Shown: positions 13,059 through 24,182 of the stretch, piece after piece
How positions within the stretch are numbered: position 1 is the stretch's first letter
Layout: each line of letters opens with the position of its first letter
NCBI RefSeq assembly: GCF_006345805.1
Contig: NC_043001.1
Span: 108,004,001 to 108,068,000, forward strand
Direction of reading: 5' to 3'
Length of the DNA: 64,000 nt
From: Octopus sinensis
Lineage: Eukaryota
Notes under the pieces: model-generated
What the model was told of the DNA's origin: nothing
The model's input: the letters and a program-made list of their open reading frames with translations, nothing else
The model's database searches: none
Made by a program: the position numbers and the translations under genes

Positions 13059-13269
13059 ATGCGTGCGCGCGAATATGTGTGAGTGTATGTATTTATATAT
13101 ACATATATGTATAAACTTTTCTACTCTAGGCACAAGGCCCGAAATTTTTGGGGAAGGGGCCAGTCAATTAGATCAAGTCGAGTACGCAACTGGTACTTAA
13201 TTTATTAACTCCGAAAAGATGAAAGGCAAAGTCTATCTCGGTGGAATTTTAACTCAGGACGTATACTTT

Positions 13270-13500
13270 TCGTTTTTTTTATTTGGTTTGAAAGATTCTT
13301 TATGTGAGTTCGTGTGTTGAAGTATATTCTGTTGAGGAGAGTCATTCTCTTTTGGTGCCTTAATTCAACACGTAATGGAAAAGGATGGAAGAGGCAACAA
13401 AATTTTAGAGAAATAAATAAGTAAATGAGTGGAAATTTTACCGGTGCGTGTGTTAAATTATAAGGCACTAAAAAAGAATGACTCTCCCCAGACACAACAG
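13270..13500. mobile_element. PLE-derived palindromic relic (same family as 10236-10510 and 56455-56850)
   Basis: Shared gagagtcattctcttttggtgcc...ggcac..aaaagaatgactctcccca inverted ends. Confidence 0.7.
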
Positions 13501-13591
13501 AACTAAATATATATATGTATATATATAACTTCTAATAAGTGTGTCGAGTGCCCTTTTATCGTTTTTCCAGTTACTCGTATATATATATACA

Positions 13592-13655
<64 letters not shown>

Positions 13656-13657
<2 letters not shown>

Positions 13658-14395
13658 GGGGTTGGACAAAATAATGGAAACACCTAGCATCATAGCATCA
13701 TAATTTTGAAATATCTATAAAACCATCAAAAGCTTGTTTAACTTTCATTTTTTATTATTATTATTAGTGTTGCTTAATATGTTTTGCTAAAATTGCTGTT
13801 TCTTTTCATATATCAGAAAAAGGTAATTAAAATTCATTAAAATGACGGATCTATCGGACTTTCAATGAGGTCAAATTGTTGGTGCTCGTGTGGCAGGAGC
13901 TAGCGTAACGAAAACAACTGAAGTGTTTGTTGTATCAAGAAATACTGTCTCAAAAGTTATGGCAGCCTTTGAGAAAGAGGGAAAAACCTCATTGGGAAGC
14001 AAAACTCCGGAAGAAAACCAAACCTTTCAGATAGGGACCGTCGGAATCTTACGCGAATTGTTAGAAAGGATCACAAAAGTACAGCTCCTAAAATTACTGC
14101 AGAGTTTAATGGCCACCCCGAGAACTCAGTTTCCACAAAAACTGTTCGGCAGGAGCTGCACAAAACCAGATTTCACGGGAGGGGTGCAATCAGAAAACCA
14201 CTACTTTCAAAAACAAACGTTGCAAAGCGTTTAGAGTGGAGTAAAAACCTACAGAATTGGTTCCTAGGGAAATGGAAGAATGTTATTTTCTCGGACGAAT
14301 CATCTTTTTCTTTATTTCCGGCCACTGGCCGAGTATACTTGTGGAGACAGCCAACAGAAGTATTTGACCCAGACTGCCTTCTTCCAACTGTAAAC
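13656..14395 (+). mobile_element. Tc1-like DNA transposon, 5' half
   Basis: TA|CAGGGGTTGGACAAAATAATGGAAACACC left end; transposase from ATG 13842: MTDLSDFQ*GQIVGARVAGAS..., then RKPLLSKTNVAKRLEW..VIFSDESSF (first Asp of DDE). Frameshifted, and truncated where a SINE begins. Confidence 0.9.
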
Positions 14396-14409
14396 GTGCT
14401 AACGTTTCT

Positions 14410-14824
14410 TATTTCTTTACTGCACACAAGGGGCTACACACAGAGGGGACAAACAAGGACAGACAAAGGGATTAAGTCGCTTACATCGACCCCAGTTCAT
14501 AGCTGGTACTTATTTAATCGACTCCGAAAGGATGAAAGACAAAGTCGACCTCGGCGGAATTTGAACTGAGAACGTAGCGGCAGACGAAATACCTATTTCT
14601 TTACTACCCACAAGGGGCTAAACACAGAGGGGACAAACAAGGACAGACAAACGGATTAAGTCGATTATATTGACCCCTGTGCGTAACTGGTACTTATTTA
14701 ATCGACTCCGAAAAGATGCAAGGCAAAGTCCACCCCGGCGAAATTTGAACTCAGAACGTAACGGCAGACGAAATACGGTTACGCATTCCGCCCGACATGC
14801 TAACGATTCTGCCAGCTCGCCGCC
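14410..14824 (-). mobile_element. Family D (Meta-domain-like) tRNA SINE, head-to-tail dimer
   Basis: One tRNA head (ggcggcgagctggcagaatcgttagc) then body gtcgactttgcctttcatcctttcggggtcg twice; junction gtagtaaagaaata|ggtatttcgtctg at 14593/14594. Confidence 0.8.
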
Positions 14825-14935
14825 TTTTTCTCTTAGCTCCATTTAAAAACTACCATTTTAAGACAGAAATAATAGAAATAGCACAGCCTCAGATATAAAA
14901 ACTGAAAACTGATGGGTACAGTTGGAATGATAGAG

Positions 14936-15035
14936 NNNNNNNNNNNNNNNNNNNNNNNNNNNNNNNNNNNNNNNNNNNNNNNNNNNNNNNNNNNNNNNNN
15001 NNNNNNNNNNNNNNNNNNNNNNNNNNNNNNNNNNN
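14936..15035. other. Assembly gap (100 N)
   Basis: Exactly 100 consecutive N; true size unknown. Confidence 1.
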
Positions 15036-15230
15036 TGCACACAGTGCATACATACATACATACATGCATACATACATACATACATACATACATGCATACA
15101 TACATACATACATGCATGCATACATACATACATGCATGCATACATACATGCATGCATACATACATACATACATACATACATACATACATACATACATACA
15201 TACATACATACATACATACATACATACATA

Positions 15231-16565
15231 AACACACTGCCTAAATATCAATAAACTTTGAATTAACTTTCTCCGGAAAAGAGAAAGTTAATTCGGAGAC
15301 AACAGATCCAATCCATCACTGGAACTGTAGAAACCTGTAAAACTTTCTAGAAGTTTATCATTTAAATATATATGAGCATGTCTAGATATGTAACTATATG
15401 CATGAGTATACATACATAAAACAAAGGATATAAACTGCACATATACATACATACATTCATACATACAAACAAACAAAAATACCTTGATGTTGAAATTCGA
15501 ATCAAGAAACCTTGGATCTAGGTTAGAAACCAGTTCTTCCTCTTTTGGCAAGAAATCTTGAAATAAACTGAACAGTGACATACATACATACATACATACA
15601 TACATACATACATACATACATACATACATACATACATACATACATTCAAGCAAAAATACCGTGTTGTTGATGTTGAAATTCCAATGAAGGAACCTTGGAT
15701 CTATCTAGGTTAGAAACCGGTTCTTCCTCTTTTGGCAAGAAATCTTGAAATAAAACTGAATAATGACATACATATATGCATACATAATGGTAGAAGCCAT
15801 AGTCACTCATAATAAAAAGGAGTACTGGTGAAAACCTCATTAAAATGTAACCAATGAAAAACTCAATAAAATGTAAGCACAACAGACCTGATATAATGAT
15901 TGGGGATAAGGAAGAGAAACTGTGCAATGTTGTGGAAATTAGTTGCCCAGCGGATGTTAATATAAGGCTGAAGATCAATGAGAAAGAGAATACCTACACT
16001 GAACTTTGCAGTTACTCTATCCAGATTACAAGTTGAGGTTTATACCCGTAATTATTGGGACCCTGGGATATGTAACACACTGCCTAAATATCAATCTTGA
16101 GAAATTAAGCATCTCAAAACCAGAAAGGAGAAGGCTGATTCGAAGACTACAGATTCAATCCATCACCGGGACTGTAAAAATCTGCAAAGCTTTCCAGAGG
16201 TTTTTCATTTAAGTATATATGCGCATGTCTAGATATGCAATTATATGCATGAGAAGACATACATGGAACAAAGCATACAAATCTGCAAATATACATATGT
16301 GCATGCATACATACAAATATAAATACCCTGCTGTTGATGCTGAAATTCCCCTGAAGAGGCCCTGGATCTGGGTTAGAAACCGACTCTTTTTCCATTGGTG
16401 AGAAATTTTGAAATAAAACTGAATAACAACATACATACAAACAAACAAAAATACCCCGTTGTTGATGTTGAAATTTCAATGAAGTAGCATTGGATCTAGG
16501 TTAGAAACCGATTCTTTCTCTATTGGCAAGAAATCTTGAAATAAAACTGAACAATGACATACATA
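15231..16565 (+). mobile_element. Stack of 5'-truncated 3' ends of an R4/Dong-type RLE LINE
   Basis: KCKHNRPDIMIGDKEEKLCNVVEISCPADVN..QLLYPDYKLRFIPVIIGTLG..QSITGTVKICKAF (15854-16212). The 3' terminus ggatctaggttagaaacc..cttgaaataaaactgaa.aa.gacatacatac occurs four times (~15575, 15765, 16425, 16555). Confidence 0.85.
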
Positions 16566-16569
16566 CATA

Positions 16570-16741
16570 GGCGTAGGAGTGGCTGTGTGGTAAGTAGCTT
16601 GTTAACCAACCACATGGTTCCGGGTTCAGTCCCACTGCGTGACACCTTGGGTAAGTGTCTTCTACTATAGCCTCGGGCCGACCAAAGCCTTGTGAGTGGA
16701 TTTGGTAGACGGAAACTGAAAGAAGCCCGTCGTATGTATGT

Positions 16742-16785
<44 letters not shown>

Positions 16786-16996
16786 ATGTATGTGTGTGTG
16801 TTTGTGTGTCTGTGTTTGTCCCCCTAGCATTGCAATTGTGTTTATCTCCCCGTTACTTAGCGGTTCGGCAAAAGAGACCGATAGAATAAGTACTGGGCTT
16901 ACAAAGAATAAGTCCCGGGGTCGAGTTGCTCGACTAAAGGCGGTGCTCCAGCATGACCGCAGTCAAATGACTGAAACAAGTAAAAGAGTAAAAGAG
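16570..16996 (+). mobile_element. tRNA-derived SINE family C, full length with internal (TA)/(TG) microsatellite
   Basis: tggctgtgtggtaag A-box-like, gggttcagtccc B-box-like, CORE-like ccttgggtaagtgtcttc. Further copies at ~29050-29429, 31612-31772, 38745-38903, 41512-41985, 50625-50935 and 63157-63465 (+), and 39000-39240, 46885-47010 and 47590-47720 (-). Confidence 0.88.
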
Positions 16997-17070
16997 TATA
17001 CATACATACATGCATACATACGTACGTACATACATACATACATACATACATACATACATACATACATACA

Positions 17071-17101
<31 letters not shown>

Positions 17102-17686
17102 GTGAATTTGTCTGTGTTTAGTACATACCAAAGCTGGAGCTTTGTACCTTCGTTGGAAACCGACTCCCTCCTCAGTGGAAGATTCATAATAATTAAAATA
17201 TAGAAGAGACATACACACAGATCACACACATATACGCAAGCATTAAACACATGTGCTTACACAACTCACGCATAGATAAACCTCTGATACGTCAATATTC
17301 ACACACATGCATATTCACACACACACACACATACACACACATGTACATACACGTAATTATGTTATGCGTTGTATCTTATGATAGTTTATTTTATAAACAG
17401 GTAATAGAAAATTACTCAGGATGTGTCTGCTAAACTTTCTGCTACGTCAAATTATTTTTCCCAAAAATTACAAACACGTCATTTCTGTGGTTATGTAAAC
17501 TTTATATCAAAAAAATGTTCGAAAGCAGTTTCGAGTCTGGACGCTTTGCGCGTGACATTATTCATTTATATATATATATAATAAAAATTATAAAGATAAA
17601 AAATTATATATATATATATATTATAGGTGCCAGCTCGCCACCTATCTATATAAAAATTATAAAGATAATAAAAATTATAAATTATA

Positions 17687-17734
<48 letters not shown>

Positions 17735-17919
17735 GAGTGTATTTTTACCTTGTTAACAATTAACACGGAAAAATAAATAAATAGTTACCAGGGCAGCAAA
17801 AATCTCACAAGTAAAGATTTGTAACTCCTTGTTTATAAAGGTTGAAACTTCGTGTTTACGTTGAATATTTTGAATAATATGAATAAAAAATGGAGTTAAC
17901 CAGTTTAAACAAGTATTTT

Positions 17920-18002
17920 ACTTTCGACACATGTTTCGAAAATTCCACTGATACTATTCAAAGAATAATGGTATAAACAATGCAATCTTCTCTCGGGAAA
18001 GT
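17920..18002 (-). ncRNA. Type I HHR motif in left PLE arm (core one nt short)
   Basis: acuuuc-CCGA.GA-GAAGAUU...AAUUUUC-GAAA-C-AUGU-GUC-gaaagu: 6-bp stem I, 7-bp stem II, palindromic ACAUGU stem III. Confidence 0.6.
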
Positions 18003-18730
18003 GAAAAAAACGAACTCGTCAATACACATTTTAGCAAAAAATGATGGATTTGTATAGCGATAGACAGAACGCTATTAATATTGTTTAAAAAAACGTTATA
18101 TGATAAAACGTCATAAGTAGCTAACAGAAAGAGTAGGGATATTAATAGTGAATGTTAAATATAAAGGAAATTAAAGTTTAAATTATATATAATGATAGAG
18201 ACTACTTATATGCACTAAATGTATGTTTCTGCCAATGCTTACATCTGTATGCTCGTTCTATAACCGTGTTTACTAGAGTATTTTTAGAAAAAATAATGAA
18301 AAATAGCTCAGAATTGCAGAGAAGACAGAATTTCTTGCCTTTGTCATATGGTATCGAATGGTTGATCCTCTCAATTTCGATACCATATGACAAGGCAAGA
18401 AATTCTGTCTTCTCTGCAATTCTGAGCTATTTTTCATTATTTTTTCTAAAAATACCCTAGTAAACACGGTTATAGAACGAGCATACAGGTAAGCATTGGC
18501 AGAAAAATACATTTAGTGCATATAAGTAGTCTCTATCATTATATATAATTTAAACTTTAATTTCCTTTATATTAACATTCACTATTAATATCCCTACTCT
18601 TTCTGTTAGCTACTTATGACGTTTTATCATAATAACGTTTTTTTAAACAATATTAATAGCGTTCTGTCTATCGCTATACAAATCCATCATTTTTTGCTAA
18701 AATGTCGTATTGACGAGTTTCGTTTTTTTC

Positions 18731-18817
18731 ACTTTCCCGAAGAGAAGATTGCATTGTTTATACCATTTATTCTTTTGAATAGTATCAGTGGAATTTTCGA
18801 AACATGTGGTCGAAAGT
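18731..18817 (+). ncRNA. Type I HHR motif in right PLE arm (U4C variant)
   Basis: acuuuc-CCGAAGA-GAAGAUU..AAUUUUC-GAAA-C-AUGUG-GUC-gaaagu; predicted cleavage after C18811. Confidence 0.7.
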
Positions 18818-18855
18818 AAAAATACTTGTTTAAACCTGCGTTAACTCCATTTTTA

Positions 18856-18892
<37 letters not shown>

Positions 18893-18900
18893 ATATATTA

Positions 18901-19463
18901 TATAATGGTCTATGACTATTTAATTTTTCCCATTAGGCCGCTGGTGGCAAAAATTCTGCGAAATTTTTTGCCACCCTATATTGATTAATTGGAATTTTCT
19001 GGTTAATTCCGTAATGAATCGGCGGCTTATATTTGCTGCCGATAAATTTGGCGCGAGTGCGATGATTTGAAATTTTAGGTCAGATATTGCTGAGACAGTG
19101 GTGAAAGTGCCTCGTGTAAATATCTGTTCGCGATCTGGCCGTTCTTTACTGATGAATCTATCGGCCTATGGAAGACTAGCTTGATTTAATTTAATCAGGT
19201 TAGTTACCATTAAACAATAGACGAAACGGTGCATCGTATAAAGAATACAGGGTAATGTTTTTTTAATTTTCTCCTGGTTACGGATTAATGTTGTTTTGCG
19301 GTTGAAGCCTTGGTGTTATTTCTAGTGGGTGAATGGCCTATTATGGCCGTTCCTTGATTTTGCTGTTGAATTTATAAATGGTCTATGACTATTTAATTTT
19401 TTCCCACTAGGCCACTGGTGGCAAAAAAATTCTGCGAAATTTTTTGCCACCCTATATTGATTA
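18901..19463 (+). mobile_element. HHR-containing 473-bp unit with ~90-bp terminal direct repeat (retrozyme-like or PLE pLTR partial tandem)
   Basis: Direct repeats at 18901-18987 and 19373-19463 (period 473), flanked by (TA)n on both sides; internal HHR at 19141-19246; several hairpins; no ATG-led ORF of 60 aa or more inside the unit. Confidence 0.75.
19141..19246 (+). ncRNA. Type I hammerhead ribozyme, canonical core
   Basis: Stem I guucuuua (19141-48) / uaaagaau (19239-46); CUGAUGA (19149-55); stem II aucuau / auagac, extended by augg/ccau, acuagc/guuagu and uugauu/aaucag; GAAA (19223-26); stem III CGGU-GC-AUCG, near-palindromic; GUA cleavage triplet (19236-38). Only deviation is A.C in place of the usual G10.1-C11.1 pair. 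Confidence 0.85.
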
Positions 19464-19479
19464 TTATATATATATATAT

Positions 19480-19511
<32 letters not shown>

Positions 19512-19545
19512 TATCTATATATTTATATATTTTTTTATTATAGAT

Positions 19546-19972
19546 AGGTGGCGAGCTGGCAGAAACGTTTGCACGCCAGGCGAAATGCTTAGCAAAATTT
19601 CGTCTGCTGCTACGTTCTGAGTTCAAATTCCACCGAGGTCGACTTTGCCTTTCATCCTTTCGGGGTACATATTTAATCGACCCTGGAAGGATAAAAGGCA
19701 AAGTCGACCTCGGCTGAATTTGAACTCAAAACAGCAGCAGGCGAAATACCTATTTCTTTACTATCCACAAGGGGCTAAACACAGAGAGGACAAACAAGGA
19801 TAGACAAACGGATTAAGTCGTTTAATCGACCCCAGTGCATAACTGGTACTTATTTAATCAACCCTGAAAGGATGAAAGGCAAAGTAGACCTCGGCGGAAT
19901 TTGAACTCAGAACGTAGCGGCAGACGAAATACCACTTAGCATTTCGCCCAGCGTGCTAACGCTTCTGCCGCC
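19546..19972. mobile_element. Family D SINE cluster: plus-strand head (19546-~19668) inverted against a minus-strand dimer
   Basis: ggtggcgagctggcagaaacg head; the same body is then read on the opposite strand, with the gaaatacc|tatttc junction. Confidence 0.75.
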
Positions 19973-20039
19973 TTTATTGATGCAACTTATTGAAGATAAA
20001 AAATTTTCTCCTTTCGCCTTCTTCAAAAAAAAAAAAAAA

Positions 20040-20430
20040 CGTCCGTCCTTAGTCTGTTCAGTCGACACCCCGTCCCTACTGCCATAACCACCAACGATGA
20101 ATTTGGCCTATGAACAAATGCCTTCTATACACTTATATCAGCTTTCCGACAAAGCTGCAAATGCAAGCAATATTCCGACTCCGACTGAGTACAGTCAGAA
20201 CGGTTTCATCGCTACATCGTCCTCGCGGACACAATCGGTTGACAGACGCTCTATACCTGAAGAATTTGCGATTAACTGTCAATATCCTCTATCCCGGTAG
20301 CATTGTAAGGTTATAGAATTCTGAAAGTTATCCATAGTTTCCCGTTTCAAAGTCCTCCGAAACAATCCAACTAGATGGTTCTCATCAATTCCCAGTATTT
20401 CCCCACAAATCGTCATTATTTCACGCAAGT
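20040..20430 (-). mobile_element. L1/Tx1-clade LINE C-terminal relic
   Basis: Frameshifted minus-strand pieces GLFRRTLKRETMDNFQNSITLQCYR and RLCPRGRCSDETVLTVLS resemble the post-RT region and degenerate CCHC finger of Tx1-type elements. Confidence 0.5.
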
Positions 20431-21152
20431 CATGAAAAAGTATTTTACGTTTCGAGCCTATGCTCTTCAACAGCCTCTTGTGTGTAGTAAAGAAATGGGT
20501 ATTTCGTCTACCGGTCTGCCGCTACGTTCTGAGTTCAAATTCCGCCGAGGTCGTCTTTGCCTTTCATCCTTTCGGGGTCGATTAAATAAGTACCAGTTAC
20601 GCACTGGGGTCGATATAATCGACTTAATACGTAAAAAGCCAAGATGGAAGATTCACCGATTACATAACCCAACTGATAGAGGCATTTGATCGTCTGACAA
20701 CGTTCCAGAGGCCAGTTACTCAGTCTGGGTCTTTGACTGATCAAGGGCAGCAGTTCTTATGAACAGATGGTCTATGGAAAATGCGAGCATCATAAAAAGC
20801 AATTACACCAGGATATGCAACCACAGTACTTTTCTGCGCATTTCATCAGCTACGGTACACCGAGTAATGTAGAGGTTGTTAACGGCAGATGGAATACACT
20901 CCTTCGAGTAAACACCTATTTTTGTAAGATACTTCGACGGTAAATTATTTTCCTGTTTCATTAACCGCACAAGTTTAGTTGTTTATAATCTGTTAGATAC
21001 AAAGTTAACGAGTTCCTTAATGTAATATTTTCCCGGACAGTTTGTGAATTTCTTATCGTGTCTTTGGTATGTTTACGTACGTTGGTGTATGCGCGGGCGT
21101 GTGTGTATATGTGCGTGTGTAAGAGTGAGAGGGAAAAAGAAAAAGCGAGTGT

Positions 21153-21238
<86 letters not shown>

Positions 21239-21921
21239 CTGCTTACGTCTATACTTCCTGTTGTTAGGAAAGATGAATCTGATTCGAAACAATTCCAGGT
21301 GGACATGATGGCTGGATAACCATCAAACCATCTGACACAAAAAGGAAGAGAGAGAGAGACAGACAGACAGACAGAAAGAAAGAGACAGATAGACAGAGAA
21401 AGAGAGAGGGGGAATGAGAGGCGCTAGAATTATGAAGTTTTGCATTTGCCTGTTACAAAATACAATTTTTGCTCCATCAAGTTTCTCTCCCTTCTTTTCT
21501 CTTTCTACTTGATGCGTATGCGTATATATCCTCAAATGGATGTGCCTATTACACACACTCACACAGACACATATATACACACATATATAGTTGAAATTTA
21601 TAGAAAAACAAAAGACGAAAACAGGTGTTTAAACAACAAGTAAGTGTATTAGTTTGACGCTCGGGAAAAACGAAAAAGTCTTTTACATTTCGAGCCTATG
21701 CTCTTCAACAGCCTCTTGTGTGTAGTAAAGAAATAGGTATTTCGTCTACTGGTCTGCCGTTCTGAGTTCAAATTCCGCCGAGGTCGACTTTGCCTTTTAT
21801 CCTTTCGGGGTCGATTAAATAAGTACCAGTTATGCACTGGGGTCGATGTAATCGACTTAATCCCGTTGTCTGTCCTTGTTTGACCCCTCTATATTTTGCG
21901 TATGAATTCTGTTTATCAATA

Positions 21922-22171
21922 CAGGGTGTTCAAAAAGTTTCTCCACATTTTCACCATGGCGCTACTCCAAGAGTGTTTCGGTGAACAGATTATTTCGAAG
22001 AAACTTATGCCACCAAGATCACCTGATTTAACACCGCCAGACCGTTTTTTCTCTTATAAAGTTTTTAAAGTCTGTTAATGTCTAATATATCCTTTTTTAG
22101 TCTTATACCATCTTATAAATATTTATTTTGCAATAAAATACTTACTGCTGAGAGACTTTTTGAATACCCTG
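21922..22171 (+). mobile_element. Internally deleted Tc1/mariner element (MITE-like)
   Basis: TIRs TA|CAGGGTGTTCAAAAAGTTTCTC and GAGACTTTTTGAATACCCTG|ca; residual transposase motif PPRSPDLTPPD. Confidence 0.8.
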
Positions 22172-22174
22172 CAT

Positions 22175-22560
22175 ATCTATTATATAAAATCAGCTCTGTC
22201 TGTGTGTGTGCGTGTGTTTTCTAGGAATCGGACATCCTCCATCCGATTACACTCAAATTTGATATGTAGATACCGACGGTATCAGGGCGTGTATAAGTCT
22301 TGAAAAAATTACAAAAATTGATTCTAGGGGATCCCAGGTGAGAATGCGATCGATAAAGCCGTGGGAACGTGCATTTGTACGCGCAAGTACATCAGCTGTT
22401 GCGATCGATACTACGCGTACGCGAGAAAAATGCACGTGCAGTTTGCACAAAAAAAGCGGGCTGGCTTGAAATAATGCCACAAAATGCAGTATATTTAAGA
22501 TGCAAAAGATATATTTTCTTCAAACTTGGCATGAAGGAAGGAAAGACTATTTCTCAAGAT
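22175..22560 (+). mobile_element. HINE/Helitron-like non-autonomous element, 5' part (3' end not seen)
   Basis: a|TCTATTATATAAAAT followed by (CTGT/TG)n, like the 5' end at 27260; no terminal hairpin or CTAG found. Confidence 0.4.
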
Positions 22561-23275
22561 TTTTTTTTTTTTTGCCTTAACTTCGTTTAACAAAACCAAA
22601 AATTTTATTGAAATAAAGGCATGCTTAATTATTTTTTAATGAAAAGAAAACATTGATTGCTTTTTATTCAAGGAAGAAAATACTATTTTCTTGCTAATAA
22701 ATGATTTCTGTTGTCTTACAGCTTTAAACCAAAAAAGTGTATTTTTTAGTGAAAGAAAACCATTACTGTATTCATCGTCTCAAGTTGATTTCCTATATCT
22801 TTTATCGGACAAACTTATTATCGTCCCAGGTACGTTCTCATAAATTCATCATGCTTTTCCATCTAGATTTACCTCCAGCTAACCCATTTGCATGCATCGT
22901 TTTTCTCCTGCTTTCTTCCGTCAACCTGTACATAACTGCACCTTCCAATTTTTGCTGTTTTTGTACTGTTCAAAGGCACGTTTCTTTCCTGTCAAGCTTA
23001 CTGTTTAAATCATGTTTGTGTTCTCCCAGTCAACAGCCTTTATCATTACTGGTACTTTAAACTCTTCGGTTGCATATTTGTTTGAATAAAATCGTTTTTC
23101 TTTAGAATAGAAAAACAGTCTATCTTTAGTTCTTCTGCTGGTGTCTCAAATTTAGGTTAAATCAGTGTTTCTCAAAAGGAAGGTCTATGGGACGGTCGGA
23201 CGAGTTGCTTTGAGAAAATTTGGTTTAAATGTTTGACAACTCAGCACCGTCCATTGGACGCGGGGCGTTTTGCTC

Positions 23276-23312
<37 letters not shown>

Positions 23313-23400
23313 ATAATTATTATTTGAGGGAATAACATCCAAACTTACAAGGAAAAAGAATTCAATTTAGAAATACTAAATCAAATTCCACACAATATAA

Positions 23401-23709
23401 TATATATAAAATATTAGAAAAAAAACACCTTTTATCAATTCAAAATGAATAATTAAATTACACCTTCTAGAAAATTACATATAATAGAAAAGTTAAAATT
23501 AAAATAACAATTAAAAAGTAAAGATTAAGTAAATTACAAGAATAATGTAATGTATTTAATAGGTATTATATACATTACATTATTCTTGTAATTTACTTAA
23601 TCTTTACTTTTTAATTGTTATTTTAATTTTAACTTTTCTATTATATGTAATTTTCTAGAAGGTGTAATTTATTATTCATTTTGAATTGATAAAAGGTGGT
23701 TTTTTTCTA

Positions 23710-23725
<16 letters not shown>
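23401..23725. repeat. ~155-bp near-perfect AT-rich inverted repeat with 16-nt spacer
   Basis: 23401-23554 is the reverse complement of 23571-~23725 apart from 2-3 small indels; the right arm ends in (TA)n. Confidence 0.9.
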
Positions 23726-23772
<47 letters not shown>

Positions 23773-24070
23773 TATGTTATTTAGAGATAGAAGTCCGCAT
23801 GCAATTCATCAAATACTAATATACATCACACCATATCATAGAATTTTATTTTAATACTTATTATTTCAGTTCTAAATTTCTCTTCTACACATGTTTCATG
23901 AGGTGCGTTTAACGTTCCTTAGATGCGCAGTCTTTTACAGGAACATTTCTTAAACGCAACCCCATATATATTTCCTTGTCGAGAATTATCCATTTTATTT
24001 GAATCCCGGGGACGCCGGAATTTTTATTCCCTAATAAATAAAATAATCTATATATATATATCTGTCTGTC

Positions 24071-24105
<35 letters not shown>

Positions 24106-24141
24106 CTATGTATGTATGTATGTATGTATGTATGTATTATG

Positions 24142-24182
<41 letters not shown>

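Larger units (their letters stand above)
17877..18862. mobile_element. Penelope-like element 3' end (GIY-YIG C-terminus + 3'UTR + HHR) as a ~485-bp fold-back
   Basis: Arms 17877-18358 and 18376-18862 are near-perfect reverse complements. Minus frame 18393-18202 IERINHSIPYDKGKKFCLLCNSELFFIIFSKNTLVNTVIERAYRCKHWQKH matches the PLE endonuclease C-terminal pattern (PY....C.LC..E...I....LxN...E...C.H). Confidence 0.85.
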
